Numbered from the stretch's first letter, positions 9,191 to 18,640 are shown. The stretch is 64,000 nt of DNA from a virus (IMGVR_UViG_2524023210_000007:16429-80428), one strand, 5' to 3'. A program made the numbers and translations. Notes: generated from the letters alone by a model not told the origin.

Positions 9191-9838
9191 TCACCGCGCG
9201 GCTCCATAAATCGCCTCGCGGACAGCGCGGCATTTCTCGATGTCGAACCGGTCGTCGGTCCGTACGCCGCTCTCCATGTCGATCCAGTACCGGCCGGGCA
9301 TCTGCTCGAGCACGGACATGACGCCACGAATATTCTCAGGGGATATGCCGCCGGCGTATCCGACTAGGCGGTTGCCGCCGGGATGCATGGGCCAGGCGGT
9401 CGGGGTCTCGCCGGTCCCACCAGAGCGGTCAAACAGCCAGTCGACTGAGGTGTCGCTCGGGAATTCGTCACCACGGCATTGCGCGATACCGCGCTTGATG
9501 CCCCAGCCGCTCCGGAAATAATTGATCCGTGCCGGAACCGGAGCGGCATGGTTGATTTGGCAGCGCTTGAAGTACCAGAAGTCGACGGGCGGCCGCTCGA
9601 TGTCGCGCCCTTCCATGATCGCGTCGCTGTAATCGCCGCAGATGTGCGCGGACAGGCGAAGATTGCTCCACATGATGCGGGACAAACCATCGCCACCCGG
9701 ATACCGCGGATCGACACCTTGACGCTTTGGGCTGAAGAGAACGCCCCACTCAATCGGATATAGCGAGGACAGATGTGCCATCGCTCGGACGCAGGTCCAG
9801 TTGTCGACACCGGCGAACGTGATGAATTCTGGCGTCAT
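9191..9838 (-). CDS. phosphoribosylanthranilate isomerase (TrpF)-like TIM-barrel protein
   Basis: TrpF-like motifs DRSGGTGETPTAW, GYAGGISPENI, WIDMESGVRT; ATGA overlap with radical SAM gene. Confidence 0.6.
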   Translation of the reverse strand: MTPEFITFAGVDNWTCVRAMAHLSSLYPIEWGVLFSPKRQGVDPRYPGGDGLSRIMWSNLRLSAHICGDYSDAIMEGRDIERPPVDFWYFKRCQINHAAPVPARINYFRSGWGIKRGIAQCRGDEFPSDTSVDWLFDRSGGTGETPTAWPMHPGGNRLVGYAGGISPENIRGVMSVLEQMPGRYWIDMESGVRTDDRFDIEKCRAVREAIYGAAR

Positions 9839-10674
9839 GCTGGCGCTCCATGATGCTGCTGGACGCGCAACGGGTTGTGGTAGCCCGTTGGCAAGTGTTC
9901 CTGCAGGTCCCGCTTGACGTAGTGCTTCACGCCGAGCGCCTGGCAGACCTCGATGATGCGGAGGGTGTAGTCATGCCAATCAATCGACCTCGCGACCTTC
10001 GGCACGTAATTCACCTTTCCAATTTTGTAGAGGTCGACGAATTCATGGGTCTCCTTGATGATCGCGATCGACGACTCCGCGGACAGCGTCGGCTCGAGCG
10101 ACACCCAGGTGAAGATGCCGGCTTCGTAGAACCGGCGCAGCGTCTCGATACGGTCCCATGGCAGCGCCGCTTTGCGCTCCCATTCCTTCGAGATCGCGCC
10201 GTCCAGAGTCGTCAGCGTGCAAGCGTAGGCGTCGCGGTCGCGGCGGTAGAGGTCGATGAAGGGGAGGGCGCGGCCACCACCTTTCGACAACGTGCAGAAC
10301 GCCATCCCGCCATCAATCAGAGCCCTGATAGTCAGTTCGGTATGCGCCAGGTCCCCGAGATGAAAGGGATCGCTGGAGAAGGTGATGAAGATCTGCTCAT
10401 TCGGTCCGCCAGCAACGCCGGCGGTTCGGTAGCGGACAATGTCGCGGCGAAGACGTTCAAGATAGCCTGGCCGCGGCTCTGCCTTTTCATTGAACGTGTC
10501 ACGAGGGATGTGCGTTGCGAGCGGGACATAGCAGTAGAGACACTCATGACCGCAACCGCGATAAGGATTAGTGGCCAGCGGCGCATATTCGCCGGCGTTA
10601 CCCTTCGGTCGATAGATCACGTCCGCGCCGGGCACGACGGGCTGATCAGCAAAGTATCCATCCGCCGTGATCAT
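9835..10674 (-). CDS. radical SAM protein, SplB/spore-photoproduct-lyase-like (COG1533-type)
   Basis: NPYRGCGHECLYCY (CX3CX2C) near N-terminus; start at internal ATG (MITADGYF) overlapping upstream stop (ATGA). Confidence 0.7.
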   Translation of the reverse strand: MITADGYFADQPVVPGADVIYRPKGNAGEYAPLATNPYRGCGHECLYCYVPLATHIPRDTFNEKAEPRPGYLERLRRDIVRYRTAGVAGGPNEQIFITFSSDPFHLGDLAHTELTIRALIDGGMAFCTLSKGGGRALPFIDLYRRDRDAYACTLTTLDGAISKEWERKAALPWDRIETLRRFYEAGIFTWVSLEPTLSAESSIAIIKETHEFVDLYKIGKVNYVPKVARSIDWHDYTLRIIEVCQALGVKHYVKRDLQEHLPTGYHNPLRVQQHHGAPA

Positions 10675-10676
10675 CA

Positions 10677-10883
10677 GACGTCGTGCCTCGGGCAGCCATG
10701 GACCCAGTCGGCGCCAACCTGCGTCGCCTTCCAGCCTTCGCGTTTCGCCCGCGACCAAAAGACGTTCCAGTCCTCGCCGTGCTCCGCCTGGACGATCTCG
10801 TCGCAGGAGTCGCACTCGACGACATGATGGCCGTGCTGGAAGTCCTTCACTTCGTGGCTCCTTCTGGCGCCGCGTCGGTCCAT
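10677..10883 (-). CDS. small Cys/His-rich (zinc-binding?) protein, 69 aa
   Basis: track ORF; HGHHVVECDSCDE...HGCPRH; stop coupled to radical SAM start. Confidence 0.35.
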
Positions 10884-11146
10884 TCCTTGTCGCGGCGGGT
10901 TTGCTCGAGCTTGGCGAGATAGGCCTCACGGAACTGCGCGAATGTCTCGAATTCACGGGGATCGTCGCGAAGCTTGAAGACGTCCCGCGATTGTCCGGCG
11001 TTTCGTCCGGTGCCGAGCCACGACGACAGCGAACCGATTACCTCGCCGCCTTCGTCGAGAAGGTCGTGACCGTAAGTGGAGCCACCGGTGGCGCGGATAT
11101 GAAGCACCAAGCGCCGTTGGATGATGGGTTTGGCAGAATCCGTCAT
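10847..11146 (-). CDS. hypothetical protein
   Basis: internal ATG (MTDSAKPII); ATGA overlap with upstream gene. Confidence 0.4.
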   Translation of the reverse strand: MTDSAKPIIQRRLVLHIRATGGSTYGHDLLDEGGEVIGSLSSWLGTGRNAGQSRDVFKLRDDPREFETFAQFREAYLAKLEQTRRDKEWTDAAPEGATK

Positions 11147-11727
11147 TCTCGCCCTCCCAGAGAGCAGGACGCGCCGTCGTACATCTCGACCAGGATGTCC
11201 TCGATCAGGGCGCCGACCCGCCGGCGCGCATTCCAGACGCAACTGTGATCGACGCCGAACGCGAGGCCGACAGCGTTTGGGCTATCGGACACGAGGCGGT
11301 GGGCGAGGCAGATCGAGATCAGGCGAATCCGGCAAGACCCGCTCCAGCGGGACTTCTCAAGAACGATGTGTCGGCCAACCTTGAATGCGCTGGCGATCGC
11401 GACCTGCAGCAGCTTCAGCCGAACCTTCATGCCGTAACCAGGCGGCGTATCGGCGGCAATCTCGAAATAGGCAGTGATGGCGCGGCGGATCGCCGTCTGC
11501 TCGGCATCCGCGCTCAGCCGAACAACACGCTCGCGTGGCTCACGCCGCTGATCTGGAACGATGTCGGCCGGCGGCGGCAGCATAATGACGACCGGCTTCG
11601 GCAGGAACGGATTCGGTCGCGGCGCCGGCGGGATGACGCGTGGCAATCGGGACCGGACCGCCGCATAGTGGCGGGCCAGTGCCGAGGCGCTCGAGAACTC
11701 GGGTGCCGTAGCCAGCAATATGCTCAT
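11143..11727 (-). CDS. DnaA C-terminal-domain-like HTH protein
   Basis: RIRLISICLAHRL...VGLAFGVDHSCVWNARRRV resembles DnaA domain IV; ATGA overlap with HNH gene. Confidence 0.45.
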   Translation of the reverse strand: MSILLATAPEFSSASALARHYAAVRSRLPRVIPPAPRPNPFLPKPVVIMLPPPADIVPDQRREPRERVVRLSADAEQTAIRRAITAYFEIAADTPPGYGMKVRLKLLQVAIASAFKVGRHIVLEKSRWSGSCRIRLISICLAHRLVSDSPNAVGLAFGVDHSCVWNARRRVGALIEDILVEMYDGASCSLGGRE

Positions 11728-12140
11728 GCCATTTTCCTGGACTGGAAGCCGCGACCTTTTGGAAATGACGACCGACCCTTGAGCTTGCGCTTTGGCTTGT
11801 CGGGCTTCGGGCTGGTCATGCGCTTGACCTTGGCGCGCCGATGGGAATCGGATCCCGCCGTCGTAGCCCCGTTGCCGTGCGTCCGGACATCGTGGCCCGC
11901 AACGGTGCACGCATCGATGTATCCAGGATCGTTCGCCGCTGGGATCGTGTCCTGCGCAACCGTGTCGAACTTCCGCTCCCAGAGCGCCGGGCGATGGTCA
12001 AACCGGGTATTGGCGAGTGTGCCAAGCTTCTCGCCGGTCTGCTTGCATCTACCCTCCTGGCGAATGACGACGTCGAGTTTCACTCGCGTCGGCATCGCTG
12101 GACGCTTCCATTCCGGTGGCGGACGATCGAGGATCGTCAT
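11724..12140 (-). CDS. HNH endonuclease
   Basis: EGRCKQTGEKLG...RFDHRPALWER HNH-like core; ATGA overlaps on both sides. Confidence 0.55.
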   Translation of the reverse strand: MTILDRPPPEWKRPAMPTRVKLDVVIRQEGRCKQTGEKLGTLANTRFDHRPALWERKFDTVAQDTIPAANDPGYIDACTVAGHDVRTHGNGATTAGSDSHRRAKVKRMTSPKPDKPKRKLKGRSSFPKGRGFQSRKMA

Positions 12141-13600
12141 TTCGCGATGATCCCTTCGACGCGCTTGTTGCAGGCAGCCATGTCGATGGCACCGGTCAGC
12201 CGCTCGACATGCACCGCATAGACCTCGGCGCGCTTCTTCTCCTGGCCGCCGGTGAACTTGCCGTTCTTGTTGATCCAGGAGTCCGACATCCTGCCGAGCT
12301 TCGGCGGTCCGCCGTTCTCAATCGTGGCCAACGTCTTGTGATAGGAAGAGAGGTCGGGAGCGGACCCGGTTGTCCCGCCACGGGAATCCTTGTCCGCTCC
12401 CTCAGCCGATGGTTGGGACTCACTCGGCTGCGCTTTGCTCCCGGCGGGGGGCACCGTACCGGACAGCAAATCAGGTTGGGACGAGCCATTGTCGCTCTGG
12501 CTCGTCCCGGCATCGGCCGGGGCTGGGGAAGCCGATGCCTGGTCTCGGGACTGCGTCGCTCCGCTGGTGCCCTGACCTGAATCCGTGGCCGGCTTCTCAC
12601 CGGCCTGGCCGTTTTGCTGGTCGGCTCCAGATCGATTTTCAGTCTCGGACGCATCGGCCTGATGCGTCTGACCCTGTTGGGATTCGTCGGCTACTTCATT
12701 CGCGCCTCCCGTGGTCCGTTGATCGTTCGCGCCGGTCGTACCCTTGACCAGCGGGTTGTAATTTGGATCGCTGTCGGCCGGTTTCTCCTTTGCAAACATC
12801 TCCTCGACCGTCGCTTCCCCGTTCTTGATCGACATGAACATGCCGCGCAGGGTCGCGATGTGGTCCAGTTTGATGTCGCCTTCGCCCTCGATGCCGAGAG
12901 CCTCGAAGATCTGATCGGGCGTGACGCCGAACGATGCAAAGGCCTTAATCGCCTTTTCCCGGTTCTCGGACAGGGTGGCCGTGGTGCCGGCCACGATGGC
13001 ACGCGCGGCATAGTAAGCTTGTCGGGTCACGCCGCGCGGAATGCCGGCGAGGATCGCGTTACGCTTCGCGATCGCAGCGGCCGCATTGCCGGTCACCGTG
13101 ATCATGTCATTGGAGAAGACATGCCCTCCCGACGTCAGGATATTGCGCCGGATCGTGGCTTCCGATGCCATGTTCGTTTCGAGATCGTGGAACACGCCGA
13201 GCGCCTCGACCCAACCGTCCTTCTTATTGACGGTGATGACTCGAGCCTTGATGCGATTGTTGCCCCAACACTGCGCGGCAATCTCGGCCAGGCGGATGCT
13301 CGGTCCTTCGATCGGCTTGTTCTCGGTATCGTCGGTCGGGCCGTTCCGACCGCGTTGCTTCTTCTTACGAACAAGCGCGTAGAGACACTCCGCAGCGGTC
13401 TCCTCGTCGAGGGTCGCCAGCGTGCAGATATTCTCGATCGCCTTATGGATGCTCCGCGGGAATGCCTTCGCCGTTGCGATCTGGCTGTCGATCTCTGCCT
13501 TGAGGATTGCAGGCAGTGCAGAATCCATCATGTGGTCCGGCACAAGTCCGGTCGCCTCCATCCGGATTGCATCTGCGGGTGAAATGATCTGTTGTTGCAT
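12137..13600 (-). CDS. single-strand annealing protein (RecT/Redbeta-like) with ~140-aa low-complexity linker
   Basis: N-terminal domain sits next to an exonuclease gene; long S/G/Q/D-rich disordered segment; track ORF. Confidence 0.4.
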   Translation of the reverse strand: MQQQIISPADAIRMEATGLVPDHMMDSALPAILKAEIDSQIATAKAFPRSIHKAIENICTLATLDEETAAECLYALVRKKKQRGRNGPTDDTENKPIEGPSIRLAEIAAQCWGNNRIKARVITVNKKDGWVEALGVFHDLETNMASEATIRRNILTSGGHVFSNDMITVTGNAAAAIAKRNAILAGIPRGVTRQAYYAARAIVAGTTATLSENREKAIKAFASFGVTPDQIFEALGIEGEGDIKLDHIATLRGMFMSIKNGEATVEEMFAKEKPADSDPNYNPLVKGTTGANDQRTTGGANEVADESQQGQTHQADASETENRSGADQQNGQAGEKPATDSGQGTSGATQSRDQASASPAPADAGTSQSDNGSSQPDLLSGTVPPAGSKAQPSESQPSAEGADKDSRGGTTGSAPDLSSYHKTLATIENGGPPKLGRMSDSWINKNGKFTGGQEKKRAEVYAVHVERLTGAIDMAACNKRVEGIIAK

Positions 13601-13618
13601 GTCGGTTCCTCAAGGTGA

Positions 13619-14728
13619 TCAGATGAAAGAGTAGGGCGACCAGTCCGTATCGCCCCATTTCTGGGCCGGCAGGTCCGGCACCCATTCCTGGTCCGGGCCG
13701 AATTTCTCCACGAGCTCGCGATAGGTCACGATCGCGCTCTCGACGTCCGCGACGGCCGTCTTGAAGATCATGCTGCTGAGATCGAATTCACCGACGACGG
13801 GTTGCGGCGCGCCGCTCGCCTTGATCATGACCCAGACCCACTTCATGGCATCGTCGGAGTCCGGATCGGTCTCCGTGATGGCAAGCGCCTGAAATACTGC
13901 GTCCAGGAATTCTTTCGGGTATGGGTTGTTGAAGACCCGGCCCTCGGCATAGAGCTTCGCCGCGGCGCGTAGCGCCTTGATGTAGGAACCGGTCTGGAGA
14001 TCGTAGCGCATGAGCGAGACGGCCTTCTTCGCCGCATCGATCGCGCGCACTTTGAAGATGGGGCGGAACGATTTGAGGTCGATGACGGCGTGAGATAACA
14101 GATGATCAATCCGCGCCTTCAGCCTGACGCCGTTCTCCGTGTAGAAGATGCTGACTTCGCTGGCGCCGGCAACGAACGTGCCGTCCTGCATGACGGGAGC
14201 CAGTTTTCGCTCCCGCTGCATCCAGCGTACCGCCATTTCGATGTGATCGAGAGCGCCGCGTGGAATGATAGTCCTGCCGACATTCTCGGCTTCAAACTTC
14301 GCGATGATCTCGTCCCAGATCAGGACGTCCTTATCGAACTCGCGAATTGCCGCGATCGCCTCTTCTTTCTTCTTGCCTGGCTTCACTCCGATCAGTTTGC
14401 AGTGGCGCCGGAGGTCATCCATCGTCACCAAGGCACCGACGTAATCGGTCACCGCCGGCGCGATGGCGAACCGTTCCGCGAGGGAGAGCCGCCCTTCCAA
14501 GGCACGGCAATGAATCGCATGGCCCCATTTGAGCGCCATGGTTTCTTTCTCATTCCCCGGGTAGAGCCGGTCATACTGGTATTCGATTGGATCGAGCACG
14601 AGTTCCTTGATTGAAGTCGACCCGAGCGCTTCGTCGGCGTGATAGGCGGTCTCGCCGAGGCCAAAGTATATGCCGTCCTCATGGCGGACAGTGTTGTTGC
14701 TGCGTGGAGCGGAGACGAGCGCGTTCAT
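13619..14728 (-). CDS. PD-(D/E)XK recombination exonuclease (YqaJ/RecE-like)
   Basis: YHADEALGSTSIKEL motif typical of RecE-like PDDEXK domain; start at internal ATG. Confidence 0.55.
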   Translation of the reverse strand: MNALVSAPRSNNTVRHEDGIYFGLGETAYHADEALGSTSIKELVLDPIEYQYDRLYPGNEKETMALKWGHAIHCRALEGRLSLAERFAIAPAVTDYVGALVTMDDLRRHCKLIGVKPGKKKEEAIAAIREFDKDVLIWDEIIAKFEAENVGRTIIPRGALDHIEMAVRWMQRERKLAPVMQDGTFVAGASEVSIFYTENGVRLKARIDHLLSHAVIDLKSFRPIFKVRAIDAAKKAVSLMRYDLQTGSYIKALRAAAKLYAEGRVFNNPYPKEFLDAVFQALAITETDPDSDDAMKWVWVMIKASGAPQPVVGEFDLSSMIFKTAVADVESAIVTYRELVEKFGPDQEWVPDLPAQKWGDTDWSPYSFI

Positions 14729-14780
14729 GGGCGAACCTTGGGCAGGACGTGGATTTCGACTTTGACGTTCGACACGGTCG

Positions 14781-16130
14781 TTACTCCGCCGCCTGGCGCA
14801 CAGCGCCCTTGACGTGACCATCTTCGATGTGAACGGCGGTCGGTCGATTACTGTTGACCGTCTCAGCTATAATGAGCAGATCCTGCTGCTCGGCGAGATT
14901 GACGAGGGCTTTCCAGCTATCGTCATCAAGCAGCGCCGCATTCTTCGTCGTGATGAATCGGAGCTTCGGTTGCAACGCCACGGCAATCGCGATCGCGGTG
15001 CTCAGCTTCTGGGCCTGGCTCGCTTGGCCGAGAGGGTGACCGTCGAGGAGAACGACGCCGTCGCCGAAGGTGATGCCGGCGATCGGCATCTTGGCTTCTG
15101 CGATCGCATCCTGCTTGGCCTTCTCCCGGTCCTCCATCGCCTTGGTCAGGGCGGCGGACTGGCGCTCGAGAACCGTTGCCTCCTGGATGAGGCGTTCCTT
15201 TTCGGTCCGCATGCGCTCGGCGGCATCGAACTTGGCGTTCGCGTCCCGTGCCGCCGTGATCTTGGCTTGGAGATCGCCGGTATCGACAAGCGTCGGCTCG
15301 TCGCCGGCGTCGGCGATCTCCATGCGGACATCGGCTGCGGCAGCTTCGTCCTCCTGTTCGCCGAGTTCCAACCGGTCGATCTCGGCACGCAGTTCCTGTA
15401 TGCGCTTCCGTTTCTGCTCGGCGGAGGCGTCGAGGCCGTCGGCGCGCTGCCGGCGCGCTGCCTGGGCTGCGCGGAAGCGCTCCACCTCGGCGTTTTTCTT
15501 GCCGGCTGCGGCGAGCTCGGCGACCAGAGCCGCCTCATCGAGGCGGGCCGCCGGTGCATTTTCGTCAATTGTGATGGCGTCCGCACGGGTCCTTTTCGAT
15601 TTCGCATCCCGATTCACGTCGGTGCGATCGTCGAAGTCCTTCTGGTAGGCCGCAGCGATCGCATCGAAATCGACCCCGGGGACAAAGCGCTTCAGGAGGT
15701 CGAATTGATCCTTCGGCTTCATCGCGATGAATTCGAGAGGATCGCAACTCAGGGCGCCGATCAGGCCATTCAGCAGTTTCTGTGGATTCGAAAATTTCTC
15801 ACCGTCTGCACCTTCGATGATCAGGCTGGTGTTATAGCCTTTCTCGTTATCGGCCTTCTTGATCCGGCGCGTGACCTTGTATTTCAAGCCGGAGTCATTG
15901 CCGATGTCGACAACGATACGTCCCGCATCCTCCCCATCATGAATTGGGTCCGATGGAATGAATTTCTCGCCACCCAACGCGGCCCAGAGCGCTTCGATGA
16001 TGCTGGACTTGCCCTGACGATTCTTCCCGGTCAGTTCGAGCACGCGGCCGTCTGGCTTGATATGCACCGCGACGACGCGGAGAATTCCTTCAACGGCGAA
16101 TGACAAAATTCGGTACGAGGTATCGGTCAT
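14781..16130 (-). CDS. SMC/SbcC/RecF-like AAA ATPase
   Basis: Walker A LTGKNRQGKSSIIEAL, long coiled coil, Walker B DLLIIAETV. Confidence 0.6.
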   Translation of the reverse strand: MTDTSYRILSFAVEGILRVVAVHIKPDGRVLELTGKNRQGKSSIIEALWAALGGEKFIPSDPIHDGEDAGRIVVDIGNDSGLKYKVTRRIKKADNEKGYNTSLIIEGADGEKFSNPQKLLNGLIGALSCDPLEFIAMKPKDQFDLLKRFVPGVDFDAIAAAYQKDFDDRTDVNRDAKSKRTRADAITIDENAPAARLDEAALVAELAAAGKKNAEVERFRAAQAARRQRADGLDASAEQKRKRIQELRAEIDRLELGEQEDEAAAADVRMEIADAGDEPTLVDTGDLQAKITAARDANAKFDAAERMRTEKERLIQEATVLERQSAALTKAMEDREKAKQDAIAEAKMPIAGITFGDGVVLLDGHPLGQASQAQKLSTAIAIAVALQPKLRFITTKNAALLDDDSWKALVNLAEQQDLLIIAETVNSNRPTAVHIEDGHVKGAVRQAAE

Positions 16131-16139
16131 CTGAGGTCT

Positions 16140-16766
16140 CTACTTGCTGGCCTGGCCCGGGTAGCCGAGCGCGGCCGCCAGATTCGGGCGAAGAAATGCT
16201 GGTGGACCTGGGGGAAGCCCGGTGCCGTCGTCCTGCTCCTGTTCGCGTCGAACATCTTCCAAGGTGCGCGGTGCCGGCCGCGCCGACGCGCGAGGAGGTG
16301 CGGACTGCTGGGGACGGGAGGCAAACGCTTCGTCCAATTGCTCTCGTGCCAATTGAGCAGACACAAATTGACGTTGCTCCGGCCGTGGCGCGGTGGTGCC
16401 GTCAGCACGGACCGGTGGTGCCTTCGCCGCCGGCGCGACCCGCGCACCTTCAGAGGCTAGGTTGACGAGAGAGGCGAGGGTGTCACGCGCGCTGAGCGAC
16501 GATTGCACCAGCGCGCGCATCTGCGCCTCGAGGTCGGCATTGCGGCGGACCAGATCCTCGTTTCGCTCGCGCTCGGAGTGCAGGTCGCCCTGCAGCCCGC
16601 TGGCGCGGTCGACCGCTGCATTGAGCTCGCGCATCAAGGCCTCGACTTGGCCGTTCGCTGCAGCAAGGGCATCGACGTCGCGCTGCCAGGCTTCGCTGAC
16701 TTTGTGCATGCTCTCGCCGAGCCGGAGCATGACGGCCGGATCCAATGTGACGCGGTGCTCAGCCAT
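16140..16766 (-). CDS. coiled-coil hypothetical protein
   Basis: track ORF; heptad-rich sequence. Confidence 0.4.
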   Translation of the reverse strand: MAEHRVTLDPAVMLRLGESMHKVSEAWQRDVDALAAANGQVEALMRELNAAVDRASGLQGDLHSERERNEDLVRRNADLEAQMRALVQSSLSARDTLASLVNLASEGARVAPAAKAPPVRADGTTAPRPEQRQFVSAQLAREQLDEAFASRPQQSAPPRASARPAPRTLEDVRREQEQDDGTGLPPGPPAFLRPNLAAALGYPGQASK

Positions 16767-16871
16767 GGCCGACCCCCAATGCTGGCGCGGCGGAAACCAC
16801 TAGGCCGAAGATCAACCCAGCGGTGGCAACGAACGCCAAAAGTTCACGACAAAATGTGCGCGCAAAATCAG

Positions 16872-17039
16872 TCACGCCTCTGAAGCCCTCTCACCGAAGC
16901 AAAATGCGACGCCGACCAGGACGCCGAGAATGAGACCCAATACGAGTCCGATGCCGAAACCCTCGAGCGAGTCACCGCCGATCAACAGGCCGGCGATGGC
17001 CAACAGAAGCAGCACTATGACGATGCGCTCTATCTTCAT
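16872..17039 (-). CDS. small hydrophobic membrane peptide (55 aa)
   Basis: MKIERIVIVLLLLAIAGLLIGG...; ATG overlaps stop of upstream gene (ATGA); coordinates approximate. Confidence 0.3.
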   Translation of the reverse strand: MKIERIVIVLLLLAIAGLLIGGDSLEGFGIGLVLGLILGVLVGVAFCFGERASEA

Positions 17040-17287
17040 GCCGCCGTTCCCGCATTCAGATCGATGGGACCGAGCACGCGCGCGCGATCAATCGCGGCCA
17101 AAAGGCGCGGCTTGATCTGGGCATAGGTGTAGCCCCCAGTCGCCGGCCCCCACAGGATGGTGAAGGCGCGGTTTACGATGCGCTCGACCGGCCCGTCGAA
17201 CGACAGGTTGTTCACGCGCAGCACCGTCGCCATCGCTTCGGTGAGGTCGAGATCCTGTGTCGGCGGCACGAAGCGGGGATCGCTCAT
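17036..17287 (-). CDS. hypothetical protein (83 aa)
   Basis: track ORF; ATGA overlap with upstream gene. Confidence 0.45.
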   Translation of the reverse strand: MSDPRFVPPTQDLDLTEAMATVLRVNNLSFDGPVERIVNRAFTILWGPATGGYTYAQIKPRLLAAIDRARVLGPIDLNAGTAA

Positions 17288-17514
17288 GGCGCACCCCAGT
17301 CATCATTGAGGCCGGCGAGGGCGCGGTCCACCGCATAGTCTTCGGCCAGATCGGCCCCACTCTCGCGGCGAAAGCCGTATTCCTCGGGATGAGCGAGCAG
17401 GTCGCTGACGATGCGGTAATAGGCTTCGCGCTCATCGGATGGCGCCGCCTCGATCTCGGCACGAGACGCAAAGAGAAGGCTGATGCCTGGCGGCGGCTGA
17501 TAGCCGTCGCTCAC
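17284..17514 (-). CDS. hypothetical protein (76 aa, GTG start)
   Basis: GTG overlaps stop of 17511..17747 (GTGA); remainder of track ORF 17284..18186 overlaps the tRNA and is not coding. Confidence 0.4.
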   Translation of the reverse strand: MSDGYQPPPGISLLFASRAEIEAAPSDEREAYYRIVSDLLAHPEEYGFRRESGADLAEDYAVDRALAGLNDDWGAP

Positions 17515-17747
17515 CGAATAGGGGCCGGCTTGTCGAAGCCAGGCGTCCACCCGTTGTCCAACGTAATGACCTCGTTCCCAACCCGCTCGAGGCGCTGCAC
17601 GTCGAACCAGTGCGATTCCTTGTATGCGCCGTTCTCGCCGACCTTCGGCACCAGCAGGGCCTGGTTGCAACCGCTGATGTATTGGCAGTGACCGACGACC
17701 ACTCCCTGGAAGCCGGTGATCTTGTCCCTCTGTGTCGTACCGAGCAT
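17511..17747 (-). CDS. hypothetical protein (78 aa)
   Basis: track ORF; AAGGGA RBS 8 nt upstream; non-skewed composition. Confidence 0.5.
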   Translation of the reverse strand: MLGTTQRDKITGFQGVVVGHCQYISGCNQALLVPKVGENGAYKESHWFDVQRLERVGNEVITLDNGWTPGFDKPAPIR

Positions 17748-17947
17748 GTATCGAATCCCTTATGACTGTGATGGAAACTGCTTCTCGCGGGCCGAGCGCT
17801 ACTTCGGCGACCACGCCGCCGCGAGAATGGTCTCGGGTGACGGCGGGGCACTTAGCGGTTTCAACCGCCCTTCCCGATGGAGCCGTCATCGCTTCGCGAC
17901 CGCCCCATGTCATTGACCCGGGCTCATGGATGCCAAGGCCGTCACCC

Positions 17948-18024
17948 GAACTGAAATTGGTTGCGGAGACAGGATTCGAACCTGTGACCTTCTGGTTATG
18001 AGCCAGACGAGCTACCGTGCTGCT
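17948..18024 (-). tRNA. tRNA-Met (anticodon CAT; could instead be the lysidine-type Ile2)
   Basis: Cloverleaf read directly from sequence: acceptor TGCGGGG/CTCCGCA, D-stem GAGC/GCTC, anticodon stem TCTGG/CCAGA with loop CTCATAA, T-stem ACAGG/CCTGT, T-loop TTCGAAT. Discriminator A followed by an encoded CCA. Confidence 0.75.
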
Positions 18025-18056
18025 CCACCCCGCAAAACTGGTTGCCGCTGCCGACA

Positions 18057-18353
18057 TCACGAAACCGCCTTCGGTTGCGAGTGCCCGACGCAGGGCGGCG
18101 AAAATTGCAAAATCTTGGCCGGTGCCCGCTGCTGGACGAGCAGGCGCTCGACGGCTTTGGTCTGCAGTTCCAAATACTGGTTGCACGTATCGTCGTGCAG
18201 ATCCTGAACGGCCTGGCGCAACTGCTCCGCCGTCGCACCGCTCCTCGCAAGAGCATGCAGCCGATGAATGTTCAGTTGGACGATCTTTTCGAGCTCGGCG
18301 GCACGGAAGCCGAGATCGTCGACAATCAGGTTAGGGTCCCGAGGAGCGGTCAT
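18057..18353 (-). CDS. hypothetical protein (98 aa)
   Basis: track ORF; ATGA overlap with upstream gene. Confidence 0.45.
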   Translation of the reverse strand: MTAPRDPNLIVDDLGFRAAELEKIVQLNIHRLHALARSGATAEQLRQAVQDLHDDTCNQYLELQTKAVERLLVQQRAPAKILQFSPPCVGHSQPKAVS

Positions 18354-18640
18354 GCCGGCGCTCCCTCGACGATCACCGGCGCAACCTCGAAGATCTCGAA
18401 CGTCGCTTCATCCTTCCGCAGATGTGACGTGCTGGTGCACATCGCCTTGAGCGCGTGCCTCTCGCTCTTGGTCGAGAAGCCGTACATCTGCCAGGCCTTA
18501 CCGCTCTTGAGACGGCCGCGGGCAAGCCAACCATGAGTCACGGGAATGTTCCGCACGGACTCGGTCTGGATCCTGCCGTCGGCGAATTTGGCGACATAGC
18601 GGGATCGCGCAGGGCGCCCGGACGGAGCGTCCAGGTTCAC
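18350..18640 (-). CDS. hypothetical protein (start uncertain: GTG near 18640 or ATG at 18487)
   Basis: track ORF 18350..18814, but its first ~58 codons translate the AT-rich operator region and are unlikely to be coding. Confidence 0.3.
   Translation of the reverse strand: MNLDAPSGRPARSRYVAKFADGRIQTESVRNIPVTHGWLARGRLKSGKAWQMYGFSTKSERHALKAMCTSTSHLRKDEATFEIFEVAPVIVEGAPA

Noticed and set aside
9835-10674. Radical SAM protein as QueE (7-carboxy-7-deazaguanine synthase), to pair with queD
   Set aside because: The cluster context NPYRGCGHECLYCY matches SplB/COG1533-type enzymes, not the QueE CxxxCxxC context. The gene is 23 kb away on the other operon.
17511-17560. Possible programmed or mutational frameshift between ORF 17511..17747 and the downstream frame
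   Set aside because: A GTG start overlapping the TGA stop (GTGA) gives two normally coupled genes, so no frameshift is needed.
17284-18186. 300-aa minus-strand ORF spanning the tRNA
   Set aside because: It would overlap the tRNA-Met gene, and its N-terminal 200 aa are Arg/Ala/Gly-rich. Only the last 76 codons are retained, starting at a GTG that overlaps the upstream stop (GTGA).
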